A stretch of DNA of 64,000 bases from an uncultured Nitrospiraceae bacterium. Lineage in GTDB: Bacteria > Nitrospirota > Thermodesulfovibrionia > Thermodesulfovibrionales > SM23-35. This document shows positions 1 through 9,300 of this stretch, piece after piece; the first letter of the stretch is position 1; each line of letters opens with the position of its first letter. Both the position numbers and the translations under genes were made by a program. The stretch spans positions 1,216,001-1,280,000 of the forward strand of contig CAVSHB010000001.1 in the NCBI GenBank assembly GCA_963727775.1, given 5' to 3'. Below the pieces are notes generated by a model, which had not been told where the DNA came from, ran no database searches, and saw only the letters and a list, made by a program, of their open reading frames with translations.

Positions 1-171
1 CTTGCAGTCGGCCTTGCGATTATATTTGTAAATTTGATCAGGGCCTTATTCAGGGGTGAAAAGGCGCCGGATAATCCCTGGGGCGGAAGATCTTTGGAAT
101 GGATGATTTCTTCACCCCCGCCAACTGAAAATTTCAAGGAAATTCCTGTTATCAAGGACATCTCGGACTGA
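1..171 (+). CDS. ctaD: cytochrome c oxidase subunit I, C-terminal end (partial)
   Basis: Frame 1 reads LAVGLAIIFVNLIRALFRGEKAPDNPWGGRSLEWMISSPPPTENFKEIPVIKDISD*; NPWGxxxLEWxxxSPPPxxNF is the typical subunit I tail; directly upstream of subunit III. Confidence 0.9.
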   Translation, partial: LAVGLAIIFVNLIRALFRGEKAPDNPWGGRSLEWMISSPPPTENFKEIPVIKDISD

Positions 172-194
172 TATGAAAATGTAATGGAGACGCT

Positions 195-803
195 TTGGAG
201 ATAGAAAAGATCCAGCGTATTGATTATACGGGTAAAAAGCTCGGGATGTGGTTCTTCCTCTTTACAGAACTTCTATTTTTCGGGGGGATGTTTCTCCTCT
301 ATTCGGTTTACCGGTATAGATACCCGGCAGATTTCCATGCTGCCGCGATGGATGAAAATCTGGTCATAGGGTCAATAAATACAGCGATACTCCTCACGAG
401 CAGTTTATCGATCGCGCTCTCCATATCCGCCGTTAAGAAGGGAAAAAAGAATTTGTCCGTCCTGTTTCAGGCCGCAACGATTCTCTGCGGTATCATTTTT
501 ATTGTCAATAAATACTTTGAGTGGACAGAGAAGATTTTTAAAGGGATTTATCCTAATTCATATTTAATGCTTCAGCAAGGTAAGGGTAAGATACTTTATT
601 TCAGTCTCTATTACGTAATGACGGGTATTCACGGGCTGCATGTTTTGATCGGTATCGTCGTAATAACTTTTATGGTTGTTTTTACTTTAAGAGAAGTCAT
701 AACCATGGAAAATATTTCAAAACTTGAAAACACGGGGCTTTACTGGCACTTTGTGGACATCGTATGGATTTATCTCTTCCCGCTCTTCTATTTGATAACG
801 TGA
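195..803 (+). CDS. ctaE: cytochrome c oxidase subunit III
   Basis: GMWFFLFTELLFFGG, TGIHGLHVLIG and GLYWHFVDIVWIYLFPLFY motifs. Confidence 0.95.
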   Translation: MEIEKIQRIDYTGKKLGMWFFLFTELLFFGGMFLLYSVYRYRYPADFHAAAMDENLVIGSINTAILLTSSLSIALSISAVKKGKKNLSVLFQAATILCGIIFIVNKYFEWTEKIFKGIYPNSYLMLQQGKGKILYFSLYYVMTGIHGLHVLIGIVVITFMVVFTLREVITMENISKLENTGLYWHFVDIVWIYLFPLFYLIT

Positions 804-820
804 TACAGCCAAAGCAACAG

Positions 821-1126
821 ATGGAGAAAGAGATAGATATGCAAAGGGAGATGGACACACGCATAGTAGCAAACAAGACGTATATATATGTCTGGGGTGC
901 ATTATTGCTTCTGCTTGGAATAACCATTGTAGCGGCAAAGGTATATTTATCGAGGTACAGCGTGGTTATTAACCTGTTCATAGCTTCAATAAAGGCATTC
1001 TTGGTCCTCATGTTTTTCATGCACCTGAAATATGAGGGATGGTTTTTAAAAAGTCTGGTCTTCCTTACGATTGCGGCCTTAACTCTCATAATAGCCCTTA
1101 CATTTTCTGACGTGTGGTTCAGGTGA
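821..1126 (+). CDS. ctaF: cytochrome c oxidase subunit IV (prokaryotic)
   Basis: Small 3-TM protein with IASIKAFLVLMFFMHLKYE motif; start uncertain (800/821/839/851). Confidence 0.88.
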   Translation: MEKEIDMQREMDTRIVANKTYIYVWGALLLLLGITIVAAKVYLSRYSVVINLFIASIKAFLVLMFFMHLKYEGWFLKSLVFLTIAALTLIIALTFSDVWFR

Positions 1127-1134
1127 GTTGGACA

Positions 1135-2031
1135 ATGTTTTGGGGACCTTCTAATACAGCGGGAAAGGTTGATACCGCGTTTCTGTTTATAGTTGCAGCC
1201 TGCGTTTTTCTGCTTGCGGTGGTCACTTTTGTTATGGTTTTCTTTTTGATCAAATATAACAGAAACAGACATCCGCAGCACGAGGAAGTGAAAGAGAGCG
1301 TCCTCCTTGAAATAATATGGACAGTTATCCCGACTATACTCGTTCTTCTGATGTTTTATTTCGGATGGGTAGATTTCGATTACATTCGCAACTCTCCCAA
1401 AGACGCCATGCCTGTTAATGTAATCGCGCGACAATGGTCCTGGCTATTTCAGTATGAAAACGGGAAACAGAGCGATTTGCTCAGGGTCCCTCTCAATAAA
1501 CCTGTAAAGCTTATTCTCACATCTCAGGATGTTATCCATAGTCTGTATATTCCCGCATACAGGATAAAAGAGGATTGTGTGCCGGGGATGAAGACCCATC
1601 TCTGGTTTACTGCGACCCAAACCGGCTCATATGACATTTTCTGCACGGAATATTGTGGAGTGGGACATTCACACATGCTTTCAAAAGTCATTGTAATGTC
1701 CGGTAGTGATTTTGCGGAGTGGTATAAAAGCGCAGGGGGGCCCGGAGAAAAAGTCCTTAAGTTATTGCAGGAGAAAGGCTGTATCGGATGTCACAGCACA
1801 GACGGCTCCCGGAAAACAGGACCGACGCTGAAGGGTATTTTCGGGACAAAGGTGACCGTGCTGACGAACGGGAAAGAAATAGAGATTATAGTCAATGAAG
1901 AATATCTTAAAAAATCAATCCTTGAGCCAGGGGCTGACGTTGTAAGAGGCTATCAGAATATCATGCCGGCCATTCCTGTAACGAAAGAAGAATTAGAGGA
2001 GATCACCGATTACATCGAGAGTCTTAAGTGA
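1135..2031 (+). CDS. ctaC: cytochrome c oxidase subunit II with C-terminal cytochrome c domain
   Basis: LEIIWTVIP, DVIHS and CuA motif CTEYCGVGHSHM; C-terminal CIGCH haem motif plus distal Met (NIMP). Confidence 0.95.
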   Translation: MFWGPSNTAGKVDTAFLFIVAACVFLLAVVTFVMVFFLIKYNRNRHPQHEEVKESVLLEIIWTVIPTILVLLMFYFGWVDFDYIRNSPKDAMPVNVIARQWSWLFQYENGKQSDLLRVPLNKPVKLILTSQDVIHSLYIPAYRIKEDCVPGMKTHLWFTATQTGSYDIFCTEYCGVGHSHMLSKVIVMSGSDFAEWYKSAGGPGEKVLKLLQEKGCIGCHSTDGSRKTGPTLKGIFGTKVTVLTNGKEIEIIVNEEYLKKSILEPGADVVRGYQNIMPAIPVTKEELEEITDYIESLK

Positions 2032-2927
2032 CGGCTATAATGGAACGCATAAAGACGTATCTTGAGCTCTGTAAGTTGAAGATATCACTCCTGACGGTAT
2101 TTTCAGCGCTCGCAGGATTTTTAATTGTTTCTTCCGGCCTCGGGATAAGGATAGTCGTCATGGCTGCCGGAGTGTTTTCCCTTTCCTGCGGTTCCTGCGC
2201 ATTAAATCAGTACCAGGACAGAGATATTGATGCGCTTATGGGCAGGACGAAGAAAAGACCTATCCCTTCGAGCAGGATCGTTCCCATATTCGCACTGTAT
2301 TTTTCAATTATACTAATAGCGATTGGAGCATTCGCTCTTTATTCGGCAGGCGGTTTTCGATCATCCGTGCCCGGATTGTGTGCGATGGTATGGTATAACG
2401 GCGTCTATACATACCTGAAAAGGAAAAGCGCTTTTGCAGTTATACCGGGCGCGTTAGTCGGAGCTGTACCTCCCGCCATCGGTTGGGTTACAGGAGGAGG
2501 TATGCATATAAATATTGGAATATCAGCGCTATGCTTTTTTTGCTTCATGTGGCAGATTCCCCATTTCTGGCTGCTCCTTCTCCATTATGGAGACGACTAT
2601 AAAAAGGCGGGGCTACCTTCTTTGGCAGGAGTATTTACCGGCGCACAGTTAGAGAGGATTATCCGTCAATGGATATTTGCTGTTTCTTTGAGCTGTTTAT
2701 TTATTACCTTGCGTGGCATTACATTTCCCGTTTTAAAAATAGCCATCCTCGCATTGTCATGCGGGCTTGTCTATACGGGGATAAGTTTTTTACGGGGAAG
2801 CGAATATAACAGGGGGCTGATTTTTACGAGAATTAATATGTACATGACCACGGTTTTATTTTTTATAATGATCGACAAGCTTGTCCGGATTGGGATACCG
2901 GTGAAAATACTTCAGGCGTTCGTGTAA
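2028..2927 (+). CDS. ctaB: protoheme IX farnesyltransferase (haem O synthase)
   Basis: UbiA-family NQYQDRDIDALMGRTKKRPIPS, YTYLKR and WQIPHFW motifs; in the cox operon. Confidence 0.93.
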   Translation: MTAIMERIKTYLELCKLKISLLTVFSALAGFLIVSSGLGIRIVVMAAGVFSLSCGSCALNQYQDRDIDALMGRTKKRPIPSSRIVPIFALYFSIILIAIGAFALYSAGGFRSSVPGLCAMVWYNGVYTYLKRKSAFAVIPGALVGAVPPAIGWVTGGGMHINIGISALCFFCFMWQIPHFWLLLLHYGDDYKKAGLPSLAGVFTGAQLERIIRQWIFAVSLSCLFITLRGITFPVLKIAILALSCGLVYTGISFLRGSEYNRGLIFTRINMYMTTVLFFIMIDKLVRIGIPVKILQAFV

Positions 2928-2995
2928 CATGAAAAAATGAATTGTATGCCCATATTGTTTTTTACTATTATTGTTTAAAGAGGAAAGGAGGAAAA

Positions 2996-3325
2996 ATGAA
3001 AAAGTTTTTTGTATTAACAGTTTTAACAGGTCTGTTGTGTGTGTCGGTAATGGTATGCTACGGAAAGGAATCCGCCAAGAGTGAATCGGGTGAGGCATTG
3101 TTTAAACACCATTGTGCGGTCTGTCACCCTGATGGCGGTAATATAATTAATCCTGATAAAACCCTGCATAAAAAGAGCCTAAAGGTAAACAATATCAAAA
3201 AAGCCCAGGATATTATAAATAAGATGAGAAACCCGGGACCGGGCATGACAAAGTTTGACGAAAAAACCATACCTGATAAGGACGCAAAAAGGATAGCAGA
3301 GTATATTCTGAAGAGCTTCAAATAG
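2996..3325 (+). CDS. periplasmic monohaem cytochrome c (c6-like)
   Basis: Strong RBS AAAGGAGG, signal peptide, CAVCH followed by GGN..KTL as in cytochrome c6, distal Met in GPGM. Confidence 0.88.
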   Translation: MKKFFVLTVLTGLLCVSVMVCYGKESAKSESGEALFKHHCAVCHPDGGNIINPDKTLHKKSLKVNNIKKAQDIINKMRNPGPGMTKFDEKTIPDKDAKRIAEYILKSFK

Positions 3326-3554
3326 AGAAACAAAACCATGCATGAAAGGGTGAACTGCTTCTTTCAGTAAGGTTTTATTCTGCATGGCTGTTTCTTTTTT
3401 ATGGCTGCGTATGATTTAAAACCACGCATCTAACCATGTTTTATCCTGTGTGGCCGGGTTAAAGATACATGGAGTATAAAATGCTTGGAAACAGGAAATA
3501 GAGGAAAGGGCAGGACGTTACTTTTCACTATCAATAAAGGAGGTCAGACGTTGT

Positions 3555-5000
3555 ATGTATCAACTGATATTTCACGATCAAAGTAAAAAAATGGGGCAGG
3601 GTGCGAAAATAAAGCGGAGAGACGTTAGATATGCAGGGCTTACGGTCTTGTTGACGACTTGTTTGCTCATTGCTTTGACTGCATATTCGGAGGCGGGTAT
3701 CGGAGAGAAGGTCTTCGAAAAAGTTTTACCCAACGGGCTCAAGGTAATTCTCCTGGAAAATCACAGGGCGCCGTTGCTCACTTTTCAGGTGTGGTACCGG
3801 GTGGGATCAAGGAATGAGGCCTGGGGGAAGACAGGCCTTTCACATATGCTCGAACATATGATGTTCAAAGGAACGGAAAAAGTCGGACCCGAAGAATTTT
3901 CCAGGATCATACAGGAGAATGGCGGAAATGATAACGCCTTTACGTCCGGTGATTTTACGGCATACTTCGAAAATATCAGCGCCGACCGGGTCCAGGTCGC
4001 CATCGATCTTGAAGCGGACAGGATGCAGAACCTTGTCTTAAATGAAAAGGATTTTGCTCCCGAGCGGCTGGTGGTGATGGAAGAAAGGAGGATGCGTACA
4101 GAGGACAATCCCCAGGCCTATTTTATGGAACAGGTTGAAGCAACCGCATTCCAGATTTCTCCTTATCACTGGCCTACAATCGGATGGAAAGAAGACATCG
4201 AACGCTTTACTCTCGATGACCTAAAGAAGCATTATAAGACTTACTATAACCCCGCTAATGCCTTTCTTGTCGTTGTCGGCGACTTTAGAAAAGATGATCT
4301 TCTTCCAAGGATCGAGAAAGCCTTCGGGAAAATACCAGGGGGAGCTACGCCGGATCAAAAAAGAGATACAGATTCGCCTCAGACAGGTGAACGCAGAATT
4401 ATCGTGAAGAGAGAGGCGGAACTTCTTTCCATTATGATGGGATACCACATACCGAATATGTCCGACCCTGACGCGTATGTGCTCGATGTAGCCGCCGCCC
4501 TGCTTTCGGAAGGTAAAAGCTCCAGGCTTTATCGGGACCTTGTATGGGAAAAAAGGCTTGTTCTCGATGCCGACGCGGACAATTCACTCCTGTCGCATGA
4601 CCCGGGTCTTTTTTCCCTGTCTGCGGAGCTTCTTCCGGGTAAAGATATAATTGACGTGGAGAAGGCGCTCAATCAGGAGATTGAACGTCTGCAGACAAAG
4701 CCGGTCACCGCATATGAACTCGAAAAAGCAAAGAACCAAATCGAGTCGGCTTTTGTTTCCGGACAGGATTCATTGTTTTCCCAGGCTATGCTTTTGGCAA
4801 GATACGAGATTGCGTCCGGATGGAAGAAGATTGATGACTATATCGCATCCGTCCGTAAAGTGACTGCTGATGACATAAAGCGTGTTTCCAATAAATACAT
4901 GGTTCCAGACAATTGTACTATAGGGATTCTTACGCCTTTGCCGTCAAAGGGGAAAAATACAACAGGTGGTTCTTCTCTCAAAGAGCAGATAATAAGGTAG
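3555..5000 (+). CDS. M16 family zinc peptidase, catalytic subunit
   Basis: Inverted zinc motif HMLEHMMFKGT, NAFT and YYNPANA; RBS AAAGGAGG upstream. Confidence 0.93.
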   Translation: MYQLIFHDQSKKMGQGAKIKRRDVRYAGLTVLLTTCLLIALTAYSEAGIGEKVFEKVLPNGLKVILLENHRAPLLTFQVWYRVGSRNEAWGKTGLSHMLEHMMFKGTEKVGPEEFSRIIQENGGNDNAFTSGDFTAYFENISADRVQVAIDLEADRMQNLVLNEKDFAPERLVVMEERRMRTEDNPQAYFMEQVEATAFQISPYHWPTIGWKEDIERFTLDDLKKHYKTYYNPANAFLVVVGDFRKDDLLPRIEKAFGKIPGGATPDQKRDTDSPQTGERRIIVKREAELLSIMMGYHIPNMSDPDAYVLDVAAALLSEGKSSRLYRDLVWEKRLVLDADADNSLLSHDPGLFSLSAELLPGKDIIDVEKALNQEIERLQTKPVTAYELEKAKNQIESAFVSGQDSLFSQAMLLARYEIASGWKKIDDYIASVRKVTADDIKRVSNKYMVPDNCTIGILTPLPSKGKNTTGGSSLKEQIIR

Positions 5001-5012
5001 GAGGATTTTATA

Positions 5013-6353
5013 ATGCCAAGAAACATGCGATCTTTTTTTATGATTTTTATTCTTGTACTGATTGGTTTCAGTCTGACGGCAAATACTTCACAGGCAATGC
5101 AGCCGGTACAGAGGACAGTCCTTACCAATAAACTTGTCCTTCTATCCGGTGAAGAGCACTCAATCCCTCTGATAACGATACAGATTCTCATTGAAGCGGG
5201 CTCAAGAACGGATCCTGCAGGGGAAGAAGGTTTGGCCAATCTGACAGCAAACAGTCTTGTCCTCGGGACTTCTAAACATTCAATCAGTGAAATCAATGAT
5301 GAACTGGATTTTATGGGCGCCTCCCTCCATGCCTCGTGCGGCATGGATTTTATGACTTTGACTCTCCATGTTTTGAAAAAAGATCTGGATAAGGGATTAG
5401 ACCTCCTCATGGAAGTCTTAACACAGCCCTCCTTCCCTGATAAGGAACTTCAAAAAGAAGCAGAGAATACCATTGCGGGCATACAGTCGGATGAAGACAA
5501 ACCTATGTCGGTTGCGGAAAAGACTTTCAGAAAAACCCTTTTTCTGGACAGCCCTTACGCCCATCCGGTAGAAGGTACCAAAGAATCGATGTCAGCTATT
5601 ACCAGAACTTCGGTCATGAAACATTACCAGGCTTATTACCATCCGAATAACGCCATCCTTTCCGTTGCCGGGGACATCACCGGTGACGAAATACAGAATA
5701 AGCTGGTACCGCGTCTTTCAAAGTGGCCGGTTGTTGAAGTTCCGAAAAAGGAATTCACGCCTGTGTTTGCGAAAGGACAGGAAACAGTGAAGATAAGCCG
5801 CAATATCACACAGGCCAACATAATCATCGGACATGCCGGCGTCAGCAGGGGGAATCCCGACTTTTATGCGCTGTCTTTAATGAACTATATTCTTGGAGGC
5901 GGAGGGTTTGCTTCCAGGCTGCAGGAGGAAATAAGGAATAAAAGAGGGCTTGCCTATTCCGTTTCCAGTTTCTTTGAACCGGATAAGTATCCCGGCTCTT
6001 TCCAGATTGTTTTGCAAACGAAAAACACCTCTGCCAAAGAGGCCGTATCTTTGGCACTGCAAGAAATGGATAGGATGCAAAAGGAACAAGTCTCAGACAA
6101 AGAACTGGATAGCGCAAAAAAATATCTTATCGGAAGTTTCCCCATGCGGTTGGATACCCAGTCAAAGCTGGTCAATTTTCTCACACAGGTAGAGTACTAC
6201 GGGCTCGGCATAGATTACCCTGAAAAGTATCCGGCACTTATCGGGTCCGTCACAAAGGAAGATATCCTCAGGGTTGCCGGGACGTATCTCCATCCGAAAG
6301 AATATACACTTGTCATTGTGGCAAATCTGAAGGAAGCCGGATTCGATCAATAA
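5013..6353 (+). CDS. M16 family peptidase, non-catalytic partner subunit
   Basis: M16 fold motifs (EAGS..DP, YYHPNNA, SRLQEEIRNKRGLAY) but no HxxEH (GLANLTANSL instead); signal peptide. Confidence 0.9.
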   Translation: MPRNMRSFFMIFILVLIGFSLTANTSQAMQPVQRTVLTNKLVLLSGEEHSIPLITIQILIEAGSRTDPAGEEGLANLTANSLVLGTSKHSISEINDELDFMGASLHASCGMDFMTLTLHVLKKDLDKGLDLLMEVLTQPSFPDKELQKEAENTIAGIQSDEDKPMSVAEKTFRKTLFLDSPYAHPVEGTKESMSAITRTSVMKHYQAYYHPNNAILSVAGDITGDEIQNKLVPRLSKWPVVEVPKKEFTPVFAKGQETVKISRNITQANIIIGHAGVSRGNPDFYALSLMNYILGGGGFASRLQEEIRNKRGLAYSVSSFFEPDKYPGSFQIVLQTKNTSAKEAVSLALQEMDRMQKEQVSDKELDSAKKYLIGSFPMRLDTQSKLVNFLTQVEYYGLGIDYPEKYPALIGSVTKEDILRVAGTYLHPKEYTLVIVANLKEAGFDQ

Positions 6354-6359
6354 GAGCAG

Positions 6360-9300
6360 ATGACTGATATGAGCGAAGAAAAAACGATCTGCAATCTTGA
6401 CTATTTAATAGGCACTTTGGCCACTGCCTACAAAGGGCTTATTACTTCTCTGGTTCTGAAAGATTTTTGTATGGTGGAAAAGGATGGTTCCACAATCTTT
6501 AAGGGGACCGTTCTCTCAATGCCTGAGGGGACATATATGGCGTCTCTCATACATGAAGGTTTTGAGCTTTCAAGGGGTATTATTCAAAACGGATTTATTG
6601 AATTATATGCTGAAAATGAAATGATAGGATCTGCAAAAAACCTGCAGATCGACATTCTTCAAAGCGGCAGGCATATCGGCACTTTCCTGCTGAAGAAAGA
6701 GAAGAAGGAAGGCTTTTTCATCTCGGCCCTGGAGCTGTCGGAGGAAACCAAGGGCATTAATTTCGGATTGCTCACAGGCCGCTTAAGGAGCAAGGTAGGC
6801 TTATTGAAAAAAGCAGAGGATATCATTTCAGAAATCCTCTCGACAAAACAGGACTGGAAAAAATTCTCCGAAAAAATGAACAGTTTTTCAAAAGACCTTT
6901 TCTGGTTTGACAGAGAAGCTTACTACGCCTGGTATGAAATTATGGTGAAGTGGTCTGTAAATACATGCGAAAGGATAGATTGCATGGTTTGGGACAAAGC
7001 CATATCAAATGTCCTCTCTCTGATAGAGTTGCCTTTGGAGAAAGAGACCGACATGCAAATGCTCGTCTTTTTGGTCAATACATGGCTGAATAGAGTAAAG
7101 GATTCATCTATAAGCCTTGCCGCGGGCCTGACGCATGCAAGAAAGGTATTCTCGCGGATTAATGAGGTATTTCCTGATACAGATATCGGGCCGGCCTTAA
7201 GGGTCCTCATAAATTCTTTGCACGACAGGATCAAAAACACACCCGCATTGAATGCAGATGTTTTACGGGTGGTTAAAGATATTGTTTCAGCCGATGATCA
7301 AATCCTATTGAGCGATTACAGTGAAGAAATGAAAAAAGTATTGGAAGATATTTTATACGGCACAGATGTTTCACCGGGCAATAAGGAATATGCAAAGATC
7401 TTCGAAGTTATAGATTCCGCTGATATGTGGCTTTCAAAAGACAGGGACATGATAACGGTTTTTTCAGATGTCATTGAAAGGAACATATCGAAAGCTTCGG
7501 CGGAGGCATTATCTATGGCTTTCATGAATCTATTCCCTGATTTTAATGCATTACCTTCCGATCTTTACAGAAGGGCCTCAGCCGATACAATCAATCTGAT
7601 GAAAAAACTGATTGACCTGAAAAGCGCCGACATATGTGAAACACTTCTGACCCACTTAGAGAAGCAGTCTGATCCCTTTAAAACAGATATCATCCTCAAT
7701 CCCGAAGCGGCTTCAGCCATACTCGATGCAGGCGACAATAAACTCATCTCGCGCTATAAAGGGATTTTGGCGCAGATCCTGATACCGGCGCCGGGAATTA
7801 CAGGTTTTTCACGAGAGACCTGGGCGGAGATTGTGAATCCGCTTCATCTGACAAGGATTGCAAAGTTTATGGATATCATAAAACTCGGCGCCGGACCTTT
7901 TAAGGAGATCTTAATACGGACAATCTGTAACCTCTATGTTAGCGGGGTTTTTATACCGGACGACAGGCTTTTCCAGAGGGAAATATCAAAATATTTAAAC
8001 TCCGGAATAATCAGGGAGAATTACCTCCTTCATTATATGCTTCTCAAGAAACTGCCTGTTTATTACCATGAAGTCGGCGCTACCGGCAGACTGAGAGATG
8101 ACAGCACGGAGATAGATTCATGGGGCAATGACCCAGTCCTCTATTTCCTTCGTAAACAGGTCCACGTGAATGCAAGCAATCACCTTATTCCTGTTATTGA
8201 AGATATCATTAAGTCGTGGGTATATAAAACAACGGAAGGTTTAAAGCTATCGGTTCCCGAAGATATTTTGAAAACCTTCAATACAGATCTGCTGGAACAT
8301 TACTCCCCGGCTATCCGCCCGCTCTTTGAATCCTTCGGCATAATAAACAACAACGGCATGCATTTTGAAAAACTCCTCAGCACCCCGGAAGATGATATCA
8401 ATCGCAGGCTTTTGTCTTTAAATGTTTCGGATGAAATACGCCTGAAGATACTGTTGTTGTGCAGAATTTATTGCGAGATTGCAAGGAAGTATTCGCTTGT
8501 ACCTTTGGATATCGGCAAAGAAGATATAGCTTCAAGAATTACCATGTCCATACAAAAATTAAAACACCTGAAAGATACAGTCTTATCTCCACAGAAGACC
8601 CAGCCGGAGGAAGCGCTTTTTTTTAAGCGGCATATAGCATTCGGGATACCCTCTGTGATGGGGTCGTATCATGAGCCGAAATTCGATGCGTTTGGAGAGA
8701 CCCTCAGGACCGAGGAAGAGATAAGGACGCTCCATGACGCAATAAGCAATGATATAAAAAACAAAGAAAGCGGGCTTACACTTCAGGATGTCAAACAATG
8801 GATCTGTTGTGTTGGGGACCTCAATGAACTTTTGCAATTGCATGACCTCGGCAATTTTCAGGTGGATGAGGCAGTGGAGATTTTAAGGAGCAATGAGCTG
8901 CATATCTCGCAGATAGTCGATCTGTTGAGGATATGTCAGAGAGAACTTACCTGGCTGGTTGAGATATTTAACATGACTTTTCAGAAACCATTGCTGGAGA
9001 TTCTTGAAAAATTTCCAAAGGATGAATTGCCTGAATACCTCCGGGGGATCAATCCTGAAGACGGCAGTTTTATAATTAAGGCAGCGGATATTATTATCAG
9101 GGCGCTTATGAACAGCATTCCCGGTTTTTTTGAGCTCGACAGACTTTTTAATAATCTCATCGATAAGCTGACCGCTCATATGAGATTACAGCCGGATGAA
9201 ATTTTCAGGCTGACCGATAATCCCCGGATAGCCGGCGATTATTTTTCCATCGACAACCTTTCTGATGAGGACGCAATGAGACTATCTCCGTCTATAGGGA

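Noticed and set aside
3326..3400. Imperfect long stem plus T-run after the first cytochrome
   Set aside because: Possible terminator, but the stem is interrupted and the loop long; not well enough supported
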